Origin: a virus
Lineage: Duplodnaviria > Heunggongvirae > Uroviricota > Caudoviricetes
Reading direction: 5' to 3' (one strand)
Length of the DNA stretch: 64,000 nt
IMG/VR virus record: IMGVR_UViG_3300045988_152699
In this document: in pieces, positions 1 to 10,813 of the stretch
Layout of the letters: each line of letters begins with the position of its first letter
Position numbering within the stretch: the first letter of the stretch is position 1
Translations under genes and position numbers: made by a program
The notes under the pieces: generated by a model
What the model was told of the DNA's origin: nothing
What the model saw: the letters and a program-made list of their open reading frames with translations, nothing else
Database searches by the model: none

Positions 1-493
1 TGAATTCTTTCTTGCCTCCTACCACGCCATCTGCATGAACAGGGACCAGCCAAGGGTATTTTTCTCTTACTTCAGCCGGTGCTGCATGCTGGTGGTGCCA
101 TCTGCAAAGGGGCAATTGCTTTTTGTGACAACCCGGCGCGGTACGACCGGAGATATGGTGCAGAGACACCTCTTCAGATATTACTCCATGCATGTAGCAG
201 GCAATGCAGGGGAGAGTGCCAAGAGCATTGGCGATGGTCCGTTCCTCCGCCGTCGGTGTTCGCCCCTTCAAGCCACGAGATTTTATTTTTACCGCACTTT
301 TCCGCGTTTTGCTGGCTGGTGGGCGCTCTTTCTGTTTAGCGATACGGCGGTCGATAGAATCCCGCATTTTCTGATATTGCGATTCTCGCCAGGCGGGGTC
401 AGCCAACTTTTCCCGTTGCCGAGCGATCGCTCGTTCTCTGGCTGCCTTCTGCCACTCGCGGCGCTGTTCAAGTTTTTGTTCGATTGTTTTCAT
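1..493 (-). CDS. ref: Ref, HNH endonuclease (recombination enhancement function); 3' end runs off the window edge
   Basis: ATG at 493 reading leftward with no stop before position 1; N-term MKTIEQKLEQRREWQKAAREREIARQREK, HNH-like CHKKQLPLCRWHHQH; missing from the ORF track because it is edge-truncated. Confidence 0.8.
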   Translation of the reverse strand, partial: MKTIEQKLEQRREWQKAARERAIARQREKLADPAWRESQYQKMRDSIDRRIAKQKERPPASKTRKSAVKIKSRGLKGRTPTAEERTIANALGTLPCIACYMHGVISEEVSLHHISGRTAPGCHKKQLPLCRWHHQHAAPAEVREKYPWLVPVHADGVVGGKKEF

Positions 494-495
494 AT

Positions 496-523
496 GGCAA
501 AAAAAGGCGGCCTAATGGCCGCC
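496..523 (-). terminator. Rho-independent terminator candidate between cra-like ORF and ref
   Basis: Stem GGCGGCC/GGCCGCC with TAAT loop, followed on the minus strand by a T7 run. Confidence 0.5.
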
Positions 524-590
524 AATGATGTCAAGGAGTGAAGTAATGGCAACGTCTTCGTAGTTGACAAAAACTGCGGCCAAATTATAG

Positions 591-607
591 CAATCAATTA
601 GAGCAAT
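591..607 (-). promoter_or_regulatory. C1 operator-like site upstream of ref
   Basis: caatcaATTAGAGCAAT, 14/17 to reverse complement of ATTGCTCTAATAAATTT. Confidence 0.6.
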
Positions 608-739
608 GGTAGATATTTTGTTTCTCGCGAATCACATTTTTTCACTTCAGTACCTGTGTGCTATACTCCTTCTTGATTGATTGGATGCGGAATACAAACC
701 CGCTCTTTTGTGCAGCCTGGCTCCTTGCCAGGCTTTTTT

Positions 740-1051
740 TTATTTCATCATGGAAGCTGTTAACGCTTTGGACCTTGCTGAACTGATTGAAAGGGCATTG
801 TTTACCTTACCCAGGAGTTCGCCAAATTCCCCCATCACTCTAGTAAGCCCGCGCCGCGCTTCCTCCTCCGTTGCATTCATCACAAAATGTTCAGCACTCC
901 GCATGCTTTTAACGGGGAACGCAACAGATATCGAGTCGATATCAGGCATCCTATCGCTCAACTTTACGGTGACAATGACAGATGGCGACAGAATATTAGT
1001 GCTTACAGACAGCACTACATATTTTCCGTCGATGTTGAAATCCTTTCTCAT
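740..1051 (-). CDS. Hypothetical protein in the cra (cre-associated) position; start uncertain
   Basis: 103-codon ORF co-oriented between cre and ref; no domain recognised. Confidence 0.4.
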   Translation of the reverse strand: MRKDFNIDGKYVVLSVSTNILSPSVIVTVKLSDRMPDIDSISVAFPVKSMRSAEHFVMNATEEEARRGLTRVMGEFGELLGKVNNALSISSARSKALTASMMK

Positions 1052-1067
1052 ATGCCACCATAAATAT

Positions 1068-1084
1068 CAAAGAATTAGAGCAAT
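1068..1084 (-). promoter_or_regulatory. Weak C1 operator-like site between cre and cra-like ORF
   Basis: caaagaATTAGAGCAAT, 13/17 match. Confidence 0.35.
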
Positions 1085-1101
1085 CATTTACGTGTTAATG
1101 G

Positions 1102-2133
1102 CTAATTGCCATCTTCCAGCAGGCGCACCATTGCCCCTGTTTCACTATCCAGGTTACGGATATAGTTCATGACAATATTTACGTTGGTCCAGCCACCAGC
1201 TTGCATGATCTCCGGTATTGAAACTCCAGCGCGGGCCATATCTCGCGCGGCTCCGACACGGGCACTGTGTCCAGACCAGGCCAGGTATCTCTGACCAGAG
1301 TCATCCTTAGCGCCGTAAATCAATCGATGAGTTGCTTCAAAAATCCCTTCCAGGGCGCGAGTTGATAGCTGGCTGGTGGCAGATGGCGCGGCAACACCAT
1401 TTTTTCTGACCCGGCAAAACAGGTAGTTATTCGGATCATCAGCTACACCAGAGACGGAAATCCATCGCTCGACCAGTTTAGTTACCCCCAGGCTAAGTGC
1501 CTTCTCTACACCTGCGGTGCTAACCAGCGTTTTCGTTCTGCCAATATGGATTAACATTCTCCCACCGTCAGTACGTGAGATATCTTTAACCCTGATCCTG
1601 GAAATTTCGGCTATACGTAACAGGGTGTTATAAGCAATCCCCAGAAATGCCAGATTACGTATATCCTGGCAGCGATCGCTATTTTCCATGAGTGAACGAA
1701 CCTGGTCGAAATCAGTGCGTTCGAACGCCAGCGCCTGTTTTGCACGCTCACCGGCATCAACGTTTTCTTTTCGGATCCGTCGCATGACGAGTGAAACAGC
1801 ATTGCTGTCACTTGGTCGTGGCAGGCCGGACCGACGATGAAGCATATTTAGCTGGCCCAAATGTTGCTGGATAGTTTTCACTGCCAGACCGCGCGCCTGA
1901 AGATATAGAAGATAATCGCGAACATCTTCAGGTTCTGCGGGAAACCACTTCCGGTTATTCAACTTGCACCATGCCGCCCACGACCGGCAAACGGACAGAA
2001 GCATTTTCCAGGTATGCTCAGAAAACGCCTGGCGATCCCTGAACATGTCCATCAGGTTCTTGCGAACCTCATCACTCGTTGCATCGACCGGTAATGCAGG
2101 CAAATTTTGGTGTACGGTCAGTAAATTGGACAT
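1102..2133 (-). CDS. cre: Cre tyrosine site-specific recombinase
   Basis: 343 aa, MSNLLTVHQNLPALPVDATSDEVRKNLMDMFRDRQAFSEH..., near-identical to P1 Cre as I recall it; start about 435 bp from loxP as in P1. Confidence 0.97.
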   Translation of the reverse strand: MSNLLTVHQNLPALPVDATSDEVRKNLMDMFRDRQAFSEHTWKMLLSVCRSWAAWCKLNNRKWFPAEPEDVRDYLLYLQARGLAVKTIQQHLGQLNMLHRRSGLPRPSDSNAVSLVMRRIRKENVDAGERAKQALAFERTDFDQVRSLMENSDRCQDIRNLAFLGIAYNTLLRIAEISRIRVKDISRTDGGRMLIHIGRTKTLVSTAGVEKALSLGVTKLVERWISVSGVADDPNNYLFCRVRKNGVAAPSATSQLSTRALEGIFEATHRLIYGAKDDSGQRYLAWSGHSARVGAARDMARAGVSIPEIMQAGGWTNVNIVMNYIRNLDSETGAMVRLLEDGN

Positions 2134-2551
2134 TTAACACTCAGATAATGGTTTTAAGTAAAGTGTACAGGATCGGCTCTGCCTTTACCTGTTTATGGTT
2201 CTCGTCATAGAAACGCCAGCGACCGCGCGTGCGTTCTATTTTCTCTTCACCGCGCGATAATGACAGTTGACAACTATCACGATCAAACCCTTTTGCCCGC
2301 CAGTAACCACGGTTTTTCTCAAGCTCAAGATGAGTGGACACTTTAGCAGCTGAATATCCCATTTTTCACCTCTGATTGATTGGTGGTGCTAAGTGCGCTA
2401 CGCGAAATCTGGAGCACTAACACTGCCAACATTTCGCAGATTTTACGTAGCGCAACCTTGATCAAATGATCAAGTGATCACTATTTGACCTGATAAGGTA
2501 TTGAACTGTATGGATTTACAGGTAAATTGATCATGTTCAATAACCCTTAAG

Positions 2552-2585
2552 ATAACTTCGTATAATGTATGCTATACGAAGTTAT
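2552..2585. other. loxP recombination site
   Basis: Exact ATAACTTCGTATA-ATGTATGC-TATACGAAGTTAT (13-bp inverted repeats, 8-bp spacer). Confidence 0.97.
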
Positions 2586-2628
2586 TAGGTCTGAAGAGGA
2601 GTTTACGTCCAGCTGCGCATAAAAATCA

Positions 2629-2645
2629 AGAATTATTAGAGCAAT
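2629..2645 (-). promoter_or_regulatory. C1 operator (immC cluster)
   Basis: agaattATTAGAGCAAT, 15/17. Confidence 0.65.
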
Positions 2646-2711
2646 AAATTTTGAGAGAAAAATCCCACTCCACCAGCCAAAAACTGGATTGTTTTTCATA
2701 GTTGTTTGACA

Positions 2712-2728
2712 ATTGCTCTAATAAATTA
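2712..2728 (+). promoter_or_regulatory. C1 operator (immC cluster)
   Basis: ATTGCTCTAATAAATTa, 16/17. Confidence 0.8.
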
Positions 2729-2966
2729 TAGTTTTGCCGCCGTTTCGTAATACGACTTTGGATTCACTATTTAATGTGTCTTCAGCGTTGTAGAGCGGCT
2801 CAGAAGGAAATGAGCAAACAGGGAAACCTTATACAACGGCATTACAGCTATGCATTGCTCATCTTACACACAGCGCAATGTTGTTAGATTACCCCAGCAT
2901 GGATCATGGGTGAAACAGTAGGTCAGAGCTTCAGGCTCTGTGTTGTCAATACAGTGAGGCATAATT

Positions 2967-3176
2967 ATGGCTTTCATTCCACCAACCATCGACGACGTTA
3001 GACATTGCTCTAACGCTTTATCTGTAGACCCCGCCGAAACCGACGCTGCCCGCGCCATTGCTGAACACTACTCAAAGATATCCAATCAGGAGTACCGCAT
3101 CACCCAAGACGACCTGGATGATCTCACTGACACAATCGAATATCTCATGGCCACTAACCAGCCAGACTCACAATAA
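2967..3176 (+). CDS. coi: Coi, C1 inactivator
   Basis: 69-aa ORF immediately upstream of c1 and co-oriented, flanked by C1 operators. Confidence 0.8.
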   Translation: MAFIPPTIDDVRHCSNALSVDPAETDAARAIAEHYSKISNQEYRITQDDLDDLTDTIEYLMATNQPDSQ

Positions 3177-3192
3177 ATGCACTAATAAATCT
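3176..3192 (+). promoter_or_regulatory. C1 operator overlapping coi stop
   Basis: AaTGCaCTAATAAATcT, 14/17. Confidence 0.55.
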
Positions 3193-3286
3193 ATTATTTT
3201 CGTTGGATCCTTCTATAATGGTGGCCAACAACTCCCAGTGTAATCCGCTGTGAGTTGTTGGCCATGTCAATTCTGGAGGAGGATCA

Positions 3287-4138
3287 ATGATAAATTATGT
3301 CTACGGCGAACAACTGTACCAGGAGTTCGTCAGCTTCAGGGATCTCTTTCTAAAAAAAGCTGTTGCACGCGCCCAACACGTTGATGCCGCCAGCGACGGT
3401 CGTCCTGTTCGCCCGGTTGTCGTTCTGCCGTTCAAAGAAACGGACAGCATTCAGGCTGAAATTGATAAATGGACTTTAATGGCGCGGGAACTGGAACAGT
3501 ACCCAGACCTCAATATCCCAAAGACTATTTTATATCCAGTGCCTAACATCCTTCGCGGTGTGCGTAAGGTTACTACTTATCAGACAGAAGCTGTGAACAG
3601 CGTCAACATGACCGCTGGCCGCATTATTCATCTGATTGATAAGGACATTCGCATCCAGAAAAGCGCGGGGATCAATGAGCACAGTGCGAAATACATAGAG
3701 AACCTGGAAGCAACAAAAGAGCTAATGAAGCAGTACCCGGAGGATGAAAAATTCCGTATGCGTGTACACGGCTTTAGCGAAACAATGCTGCGCGTCCATT
3801 ACATTTCCAGTAGCCCTAACTACAATGATGGTAAATCAGTTAGTTACCATGTGCCGCTGTGTGGTGTGTTTATCTGCGATGAAACTCTCCGTGATGGAAT
3901 CATCATCAACGGTGAATTCGAGAAAGCAAAATTTAGCCTTTATGACTCTATAGAACCGATCATCTGCGACCGCTGGCCGCAGGCAAAAATATATCGCCTG
4001 GCAGATATTGAAAATGTAAAAAAACAAATTGCCATCACTCGCGAAGAGAAAAAGGTCAAATCAGCCGCATCAGTTACGCGCAGCCGTAAAACTAAGAAGG
4101 GGCAGCCAGTAAACAGCAACCCCGAAAGCGCGCAATAG
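3287..4138 (+). CDS. c1: C1 repressor of lysogeny
   Basis: 283 aa, MINYVYGEQLYQEFVSFRDLF...; position next to coi and loxP; cognate operators throughout the window. Confidence 0.92.
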   Translation: MINYVYGEQLYQEFVSFRDLFLKKAVARAQHVDAASDGRPVRPVVVLPFKETDSIQAEIDKWTLMARELEQYPDLNIPKTILYPVPNILRGVRKVTTYQTEAVNSVNMTAGRIIHLIDKDIRIQKSAGINEHSAKYIENLEATKELMKQYPEDEKFRMRVHGFSETMLRVHYISSSPNYNDGKSVSYHVPLCGVFICDETLRDGIIINGEFEKAKFSLYDSIEPIICDRWPQAKIYRLADIENVKKQIAITREEKKVKSAASVTRSRKTKKGQPVNSNPESAQ

Positions 4139-4163
4139 TTTTCCATCCGGCATGGTCAAATTG

Positions 4164-5648
4164 TTATTCATTAAGCCATGCCAGAGCTTCATCAACCTGC
4201 GCTTCGTCTTCGACGCTAAGCACTTCATCTTGGGGAACATAGTTCGCCAACATAGCGAAACAATATGTATCCCAATGGTCCGGTGAGTGCAGGTTGAGTT
4301 TTTTCTTCATATCTTCCTTTGACATCACCTTCCATTGACCTGCGGAATTTATCCCTACCGGTATCTTTGATGCTTCCTCTATAGTCGCAGCCCCCTTATC
4401 AAGCCTCATACGCCCTGATTTTACAGCTTCTGCCGCCTGAATATTCGCGAAAGCGCGCATATCGAAATAAAGGCTTTTATCTTCACGGCTGTGCATCTTT
4501 TTACCCCAGCGGATACGCTGGACGGTAATGCCATAGCGTTCGTACATTAGATCAGCCGTCGATTTCCCCAAGCCATCGCCATCAATAGCTATGGTTATGT
4601 TCGGGAACCGTTCTGGGTTACATTCTGCGAAAATCTTGGCGGCTAACTGCGTTTCTGTAACGTCTGTGTATTCCAGCATACGATAGTTGATTACACGGCG
4701 TTTATTTCGCTGGCCGGACACCATCATGATATTAATAACGGACTTATCTCGTCCTGTGCCACCAGCAACGTCAACACATGCAACCCAGCCCCATCCTTTG
4801 GCAATCTTGACCTTTCGCCGCGTCGCCCGCTCAACCTCATCACGACCAAGAAGAAAGCCATCTTGAGATTTGGGAAATTCACCACGTACTTTGATCATGT
4901 ACATGGGGTTATCACGACCGCCATACTCCGCAAGTTTTGCTCGTATAAATTTTGCATCTACAAGCGGAGATTCTTCACTATTCAGTATTATCGCAGTAAA
5001 CAATCCATCAGGATTTCCCGGGCGAATAGCTAGTCTGTGGTGTGAATCGTAGAAATAGCCTGAAGGTCGCGTAGGCTGGGAAAGAAGCAGAATACGGTTA
5101 TCCTTACCGGTCAGCGCACCTGTTATCACACTGAATGCTTTATCACTCACACCCGACGCTTCGTCGATGATATACAAGAGATGATCGGCGTGTTCACCAG
5201 CCAACGCCTCCTCATTTCCGGGGCGACAGGACTTTATCAATATTGTCCAAACACCCTTGCCAGTCACCTCAAAAAAAGACGTTTCTGTAAGAATGAAATA
5301 CTTCGACAACCACGGGAATCTGCTAACAGCAGTAGCCCAATTGCTCTTTATGTATTTGAAAATACCATCAAGGACTTGCTGTCTTTTGTTAGCGACCAGA
5401 ATGACGCGAGCGCCGGGGAAAAACATGATGAAGAGTATTGCAATGATACTCGTCATATCCGATTTACCAGTACCATGGCCGGAGGTCACACTTGTCCAAC
5501 TGCCGTCCTGCTGCGTGGACTCAATGATCTCATCCTGCTGCCAGGTTGGTGTCTTCCCAAACAACACATCAGCGGCCGCAATCCAGTCATAACGATATAG
5601 CGCCACCAGCTCGCGCCAACGTGGGTCCGTTACGCAACTTCTGGCCAT
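4164..5648 (-). CDS. pacB: PacB, terminase large subunit
   Basis: 494 aa, overlaps pacA stop by 1 nt; size and position as in P1. Confidence 0.85.
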
Positions 5649-6841
5649 TAATCATCATCCCCGTACAGTTTGCGGGTAACTTCTTCGTCTTCCTCCTCGT
5701 CTTCGTCCAGATCCTGTTCAAGCCATGCTTCGTTTGATATGCCTTCCGCATCGACATCACCATAACCACCTGTATCGACGATATCGGCAATTTCTTCTCT
5801 ACGATGCTCAATCCACAATGCCGCATCAGCGCGGCGGCTGGCGGCCCGTTCTCGCGCGATTTTATCCAGATCTTCAAGTGATGGAGCGCCAGATGCTGTT
5901 TGGTTTTCCTCATCATCGGTATTGGTCTTAGGAGCACGCAGATCGGCTTTGATTTGCTCCAGCATCAGGGGCGGCACTTTTCCTCCATGCGCCTCGATGA
6001 ATTCAGCCGCTTCCAGCACTGACCAGTTATTTTCACGCTTTCGTTCGTATGCCAGCTTAACAATGCCAGCTTGCCCCATAGATAAAGCGTGCTTTTCCGC
6101 CTCCCGGCTTTCTTTTCGATAGTTATTCCGGATGCTGTAAATGGTGTTGATCAGGCTGCTTATCTGCGCGGAACAGCTGTTTAGCATGCTCGCGATACGG
6201 TATTCAGGCGGAGTACCTTCATCATCGTCTTTTTGCTGATCGCGCATTTCCTGCACTAGGCGAATACACGTATCCCTGGCGTTCTCCAGCATAAGGAGAT
6301 GAGAAAGAGACTTTTCCAGAAGAGTGGTTTCCAGAACATCGGCCCCGGACCGACGCAACATAGCGCGCGCGGCCTTCCGCGCTTCAACGTTATCTATCAG
6401 GTAATCGCCAGCTTCGAATTCAAAGCGTTCACCATCATCATCCAGGGTGTCGCGTTCCAGGCGATCACGTAAGGTCCGGTGGGCGCGGGTGATCACGTCA
6501 TGATCATCTGAACGATCATTTATGCGCTTATTTTGGCGCTTCGCATTCTCGACTGCGGCACTGACAACGGCATTAACTCTTTGTTTTTCCGCTATTTCAG
6601 CCGAAATATGATCACCTGCATGTTGATCATTAGAGTGATCAATGATCATGCTTTTTAGTGGCTTCCTGACTGGCTTATTTGGCTTGCGGCTGTCCGTAGT
6701 CCTGGTGTCTTCTTTAAAGGCACGGAGATAACGACGTGCGGTATTAGGGTTAAGATTAAACTCGGCGGCATACTGTGCGATGGTGTAACCACCATCTCGC
6801 GCCAGGCGAGCAAAATTCTTCTTGTGATCGTCCCAGGTCAC
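5648..6841 (-). CDS. pacA: PacA, terminase small subunit (contains pac site); GTG start
   Basis: 397 aa; GTG start preceded by AAAGGAAG SD; pac hexamer repeats lie inside the gene. Confidence 0.85.
6490..6648. other. pac packaging site: 3 + 4 TGATCA hexamers (Dam sites)
   Basis: TGATCA/GATC at 6490, 6501, 6513 and 6609, 6624, 6636, 6643; about 159 bp span, matching the P1 pac architecture. Confidence 0.85.
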
Positions 6842-6926
6842 TTATGCTTCCTTTCGTAAAAACTCTTTTTGACGCGAGGGTAACGAAAGTCACATGTCAA
6901 AAGGCCCGGAACGGGCAAGCAATCAA

Positions 6927-7379
6927 TCAGATACGTGCGGATGTGGCATTACCGTAATGACGGTGCTGACGGGCCACCTTATTGAAAAGTTGACGCGCCA
7001 TTACCCAAGGCTGGTGCTCCCGGCGTTCCTTTTCGTCCTGCGTCATATAGAGTTCGTTCTGGAGTTTTTCATCAAACCGGCGCGGAGCGCGGCTACGGCG
7101 AAAGAATTCAGGATTCAGAGAGTGGATCTGAAATCTACGTGGGCGTGTACTGTCATCTATCAAAACAGACGAATACTTAGACACAGCGATAGCCTTTAAG
7201 CGCAGATAAACATCGCGCTTATCGACATCCAGATGCGGGTATTCCTTTTCAAGAATTGCTGCGAGTTCTTTCGCTGATAGAAGAGATTTAGTGCGGATCA
7301 TGTAATCCGCAATCTCGTACGATGTTATTCGTGAGTGATTTATTTCCATGAAGTGGCGTCCCTGCCAGTTAAGTAACAT
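6927..7379 (-). CDS. lpa: Lpa, late promoter activator
   Basis: 150-aa ORF directly upstream of pacA with a C1 operator at its 5' side. Confidence 0.7.
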   Translation of the reverse strand: MLLNWQGRHFMEINHSRITSYEIADYMIRTKSLLSAKELAAILEKEYPHLDVDKRDVYLRLKAIAVSKYSSVLIDDSTRPRRFQIHSLNPEFFRRSRAPRRFDEKLQNELYMTQDEKERREHQPWVMARQLFNKVARQHRHYGNATSARI

Positions 7380-7449
7380 CCTGTCACCTACTGATTAGCC
7401 CATGTCAACTAATCAACGTGGAATATAATACCCTCGATTAAAGAAATAG

Positions 7450-7466
7450 CAATACATTAGAGCAAT
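7450..7466 (-). promoter_or_regulatory. C1 operator upstream of lpa
   Basis: caatacATTAGAGCAAT, 14/17. Confidence 0.6.
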
Positions 7467-7467
7467 T

Positions 7468-8511
7468 TTATCTAACACTCGACGAATGACTTGTGATAAC
7501 GCCCACTCCAAGCGCGTAATCAAAGAACAATCGTTGATGCATCGCCAACCTACCGTGCGTCTTCTCCCAATTATCGCGGTCACGCTCAATATCACGCTGG
7601 CATGACTGGCACAGAGGAATTGCGTAAATGTCATGCGCGCATAATCGACTATGACGAACGATATAAGGCGTAATGTGAGCGCCAGCTCCCGCAGCTCCAC
7701 ACCCACAGCATGGACGGGAAGCAACAAAGTCCATGTACTCAGGTAATTTTAGCGATTGCAGTTTTGGTATTTTGAAATGCGCCATGCCAGGGTCGGAGTC
7801 AACATCCACAGGGCATACTTTTGCACGCATCGGCGCGGCGCGTTCTTCCATCATCTGAACATATGCTGTAGCGCGATCGTCATACGGGCGAATATCCGCC
7901 TCTTTCAGAGGTCCGCTATCCTGCGGAGTAGCCTTCATCTTATTTATTGATATGCGGCAGACTTCTTCCGGCATCAGGTGCATCATGTTGCGCATGAAAG
8001 CCCACCAGCACAGCTCCTGAATACTTAAATCATGGCTATTTGAAAGGCCCATTTCCTGACGGGCGACATCCAGTATCCAGTTAACGCGATTATTGTGCAG
8101 CGTTTCTTTCAGCTCATTAAAACCACGCATCCGGTAATGGTTATCGTGATGCCAGCACAACAACACCGCGCTATTGTCTCGTTCAGCGTGGACAATATGG
8201 TTGTCACACCAACTACGATCTGCGGCCTGGCATTGACCCTCTTTCCTACGCAACCACGCCACCAGCGCGTCAATTCCACCAATACGGCGAAACAGTTCAT
8301 CGCTGTTAAAAAACGGCTGCAACGCCTCATTTGTTGCCATGGTTTGCTCGGTAACAACGAGGCCGTCTTCCATGTGCTCGATTAACTCACGCGGCACCGG
8401 CTCCATAATAAATTTACGGCCAGCCTCCACCAGCTTTCTGACCTCCTGATCCACTTTGAACGTGGCGAGGCCAAGCTCTTTCTGTACAAATGGAGTAATT
8501 ACGGCTTTCAC
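7468..8511 (-). CDS. pdcB: PdcB-like protein (post-doc region), Cys/His-rich C-terminus
   Basis: 347-aa ORF; C-terminal CCGCG...H...C...C...CQSCQ motif; symbol assigned by position only. Confidence 0.5.
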   Translation of the reverse strand: MKAVITPFVQKELGLATFKVDQEVRKLVEAGRKFIMEPVPRELIEHMEDGLVVTEQTMATNEALQPFFNSDELFRRIGGIDALVAWLRRKEGQCQAADRSWCDNHIVHAERDNSAVLLCWHHDNHYRMRGFNELKETLHNNRVNWILDVARQEMGLSNSHDLSIQELCWWAFMRNMMHLMPEEVCRISINKMKATPQDSGPLKEADIRPYDDRATAYVQMMEERAAPMRAKVCPVDVDSDPGMAHFKIPKLQSLKLPEYMDFVASRPCCGCGAAGAGAHITPYIVRHSRLCAHDIYAIPLCQSCQRDIERDRDNWEKTHGRLAMHQRLFFDYALGVGVITSHSSSVR

Positions 8512-8538
8512 ATCACACCTTTAATCACTGATTGGGCT

Positions 8539-8739
8539 TTATCTGCTGCCCGGCATTCTCTGTTTAAGCACAACCATTTCCTGACGGCATAACACAGCAA
8601 TAGCTGTCCTGGCACCAATTTGCTTACCAACCAGGTATTGCTTTACCTTGCGGCGACTCACGCCATCAAGAAGCATCTTTAACGCTTCACGGGACAATTT
8701 GTTGTATTTGCGTGCCATTAATCTACTCCGCAGGACCAT
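8539..8739 (-). CDS. pdcA: PdcA-like small basic protein; likely start at internal Met (8718)
   Basis: 66-codon ORF immediately downstream of doc; symbol by position only. Confidence 0.45.
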
Positions 8740-9103
8740 ACAATCTACGTAACGTGTCGGCGACAGAAGATACAGATATCTCGCCAGTCGCAGCGCCTAC
8801 AGTAAGGTCTGCCAGTTCAGGTGAATCAAATACCTGCACCCCGTTACGGCGTAGAAATAACAGCGCACTGTTTAGCGCGGTACGCTTATTGGCATCATTG
8901 AATATATGCCCTCTCGCTGTAGCCACCAGGTAGGTGGCGGAGACTTCGAAAAGGTCGGTGATCTCTTCGTAGGCAACTCTGGCCTGAACTCTCCCGATAA
9001 TGGCCTCTGCCCTACCCGGATCAGACATTCCCGGCAGGCCGCCGTAGCGGCTTATATTCGCATCATGAAGCGCAATAAGTTCTTCCGGTGATATATGCCT
9101 CAT
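8723..9103 (-). CDS. doc: Doc toxin (death on curing), Fic-fold kinase
   Basis: 126 aa, [25 protein letters not shown]...; overlaps phd stop by 1 nt. Confidence 0.95.
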
Positions 9104-9324
9104 TATCGGTTAACCAGTTCCTTGTTGGTGGAGTCCAGGGTGTCAAACAGGGATGCAAATTCAGCATCCAGCGCCGCTTTTTTGTAGGCTTCGAAAGTAG
9201 CCTTGCTGACAATTACTGCTGGCTCACGGCCTCTGCGGGTGATTTCAACCTCTTCCCCGGCTTCAACATTGTTGAGCACTTCAGAAAGGTTGCCACGCGC
9301 GGTACGGAAGTTAATGGATCGCAT
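9103..9324 (-). CDS. phd: Phd antitoxin
   Basis: 73 aa from internal ATG ([17 protein letters not shown]...); the ORF track start at 9330 is 2 codons upstream. Confidence 0.93.
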
Positions 9325-9332
9325 AAACACCT

Positions 9333-9356
9333 CGTGTACTCGTTATGTGTACACAA
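9333..9356. promoter_or_regulatory. phd/doc operator palindromes
   Basis: GTGTAC half site and perfect palindrome GTGTACAC directly upstream of phd. Confidence 0.5.
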
Positions 9357-9396
9357 TTATAAACTTCACAGGCATAAAGCACCAGCACTTTGCAGC

Positions 9397-9786
9397 TTAA
9401 ATCACCGGACAATCATCAAATTCCCCACTTCGGGCATCATTGATGACATGAGTGATCACACCAAAAACAGCATTACTGCCCGTGTATCCATCGTCATCTA
9501 CTGGTAACGCCTCTTTCTTCCCGGTGCTTAAGTCCTCCAGGTGCTGGCGCGGATACTTCCTGTATCTCTTTATGCGATATTCACCCTCCATAGCGCACAC
9601 AAGCAGAGAACCATCAACCGGAGTAAGCGAGGAATCAACCACCAGCAAAGCACCCTGCAATATTCCCTCACGGTGATGGCTATCAGCTGCCCGCATGAAG
9701 TAGGTCGCTGAAGGATGTCTAATTATCTGCTGATCAAGAGAAATTCGGCTTTCAACATAATCCGCCGCAGGAGAAGGGAAGCCCAT
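9397..9786 (-). CDS. humD: HumD, UmuD' homolog
   Basis: 129 aa, GFPSPAADYVE...HPSATYF... aligns with E. coli UmuD C-terminal domain. Confidence 0.9.
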   Translation of the reverse strand: MGFPSPAADYVESRISLDQQIIRHPSATYFMRAADSHHREGILQGALLVVDSSLTPVDGSLLVCAMEGEYRIKRYRKYPRQHLEDLSTGKKEALPVDDDGYTGSNAVFGVITHVINDARSGEFDDCPVI

Positions 9787-9805
9787 AGCGTTTTACCTCA
9801 ATGAT

Positions 9806-9825
9806 ACTGTTTATTCATACAGTAT
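9806..9825. promoter_or_regulatory. LexA (SOS) box upstream of humD
   Basis: TACTGTTTATTCATACAGTA, CTGT-N8-ACAG consensus. Confidence 0.75.
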
Positions 9826-9909
9826 ACATTGAAAAGGCATAGTTTGTGAAAGCGGGGTTTGTAGGCGCGCCACGCTGGGGGCTAATCACATTTCTCCCCC
9901 ATCTTGCCG

Positions 9910-10161
9910 TTATTTTTTTGGTGCATCCTCGTTCTGATACACCGGATCGCTCCCTTTTGGCAACTGGAGGCTTAACTGCCGGTAGTGCCGTAGCCGTTCC
10001 ATGAAATAGGCGCGCAGGTTTTCCGGTTGCTCACGGGCCACCTGCTCTGCAATCACAGGTATATTCAGCCGTTCTTTGTAAGCAACGCCGCTGGCGGCAA
10101 GGTCTACGTTCACCTTGTCTCGCTCTTCCTGGCTTTTAGCTGCTATATTTCGATCTGACAC
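9910..10161 (-). CDS. hot: Hot, homolog of DNA polymerase III theta subunit (HolE)
   Basis: 83 aa, [39 protein letters not shown] resembles HolE. Confidence 0.85.
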   Translation of the reverse strand: MSDRNIAAKSQEERDKVNVDLAASGVAYKERLNIPVIAEQVAREQPENLRAYFMERLRHYRQLSLQLPKGSDPVYQNEDAPKK

Positions 10162-10528
10162 AGGAAACCTCCAGGAGTTAGTGGATCAGGCACATGCACA
10201 ATAACGTTCTCAATGTTAGCCGTTCAATTCAGACAATCAGAGACTGCACCAGTGTGGTGGCATCAATCCCATTGCGGAACAGCATAGACGAACTGCAAAT
10301 TCGTGTATTGAATCCGAATCAGGCTAATAAGCAATTGCGCTTTATTTTGACGCTGAAAAGTGAAACAGAGGGGATAAAGCACAGCGTAAAAGTGTTTTCT
10401 GAGGCCATTCTGCTTAATGGGAAGCTCCGGCATCTGGTAAGGCCAGAACGTCAATATCCTGACGTCCTGGCGCGTGAAAAAGACCTTCTTTCTGAAGTTC
10501 AGGATAGGGGGATCGATTTCGTCAAATG

Positions 10529-10813
10529 CTATCCCCTGCATTGAGGGCAGGTGTTCCCTTCCGCAAAGTAGGGAAAATTGCTATCAAGTTCATCACACCA
10601 TCTGCGATGGTCGTAGCACCAAAACGCCTCCCACGGTGCACGGAAATACTTCATCCACCAGGACACTCGATCAGGTATATCTGCTGGTGGCAGTTCTTCT
10701 GGCAATAATTTGCCTGATAATTCCCTTTCCGCCCGCGACAGCATTTTTTTGAGGCTCGCGTTCTCTTTTTCAAGCTCATCTACGCGCACCTGTAATTCAG
10801 CTTTCGTTGGCAT
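10529..10813 (-). CDS. Hypothetical protein with C-terminal Cys cluster; start taken at MPTKAEL
   Basis: ATG at 10813 overlaps the upstream gene by 17 nt; C-terminal CPQCRG. Confidence 0.45.
   Translation of the reverse strand: MPTKAELQVRVDELEKENASLKKMLSRAERELSGKLLPEELPPADIPDRVSWWMKYFRAPWEAFWCYDHRRWCDELDSNFPYFAEGNTCPQCRG

Noticed and set aside
681-1172. 163-aa + strand ORF
   Set aside because: Lies antisense to the cra-like ORF and the cre 3' end; no SD; most likely a spurious antisense frame.
2141-2362. 73-aa minus-strand ORF between cre and loxP
   Set aside because: Falls in the cre promoter/leader region with the GATC cluster; no SD seen; probably not coding.
10194-10544. 116-aa + strand ORF between hot and the next minus-strand gene
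   Set aside because: No SD, overlapped by an equally long antisense ORF; the interval is more likely a regulatory intergenic region. A real small gene cannot be excluded.
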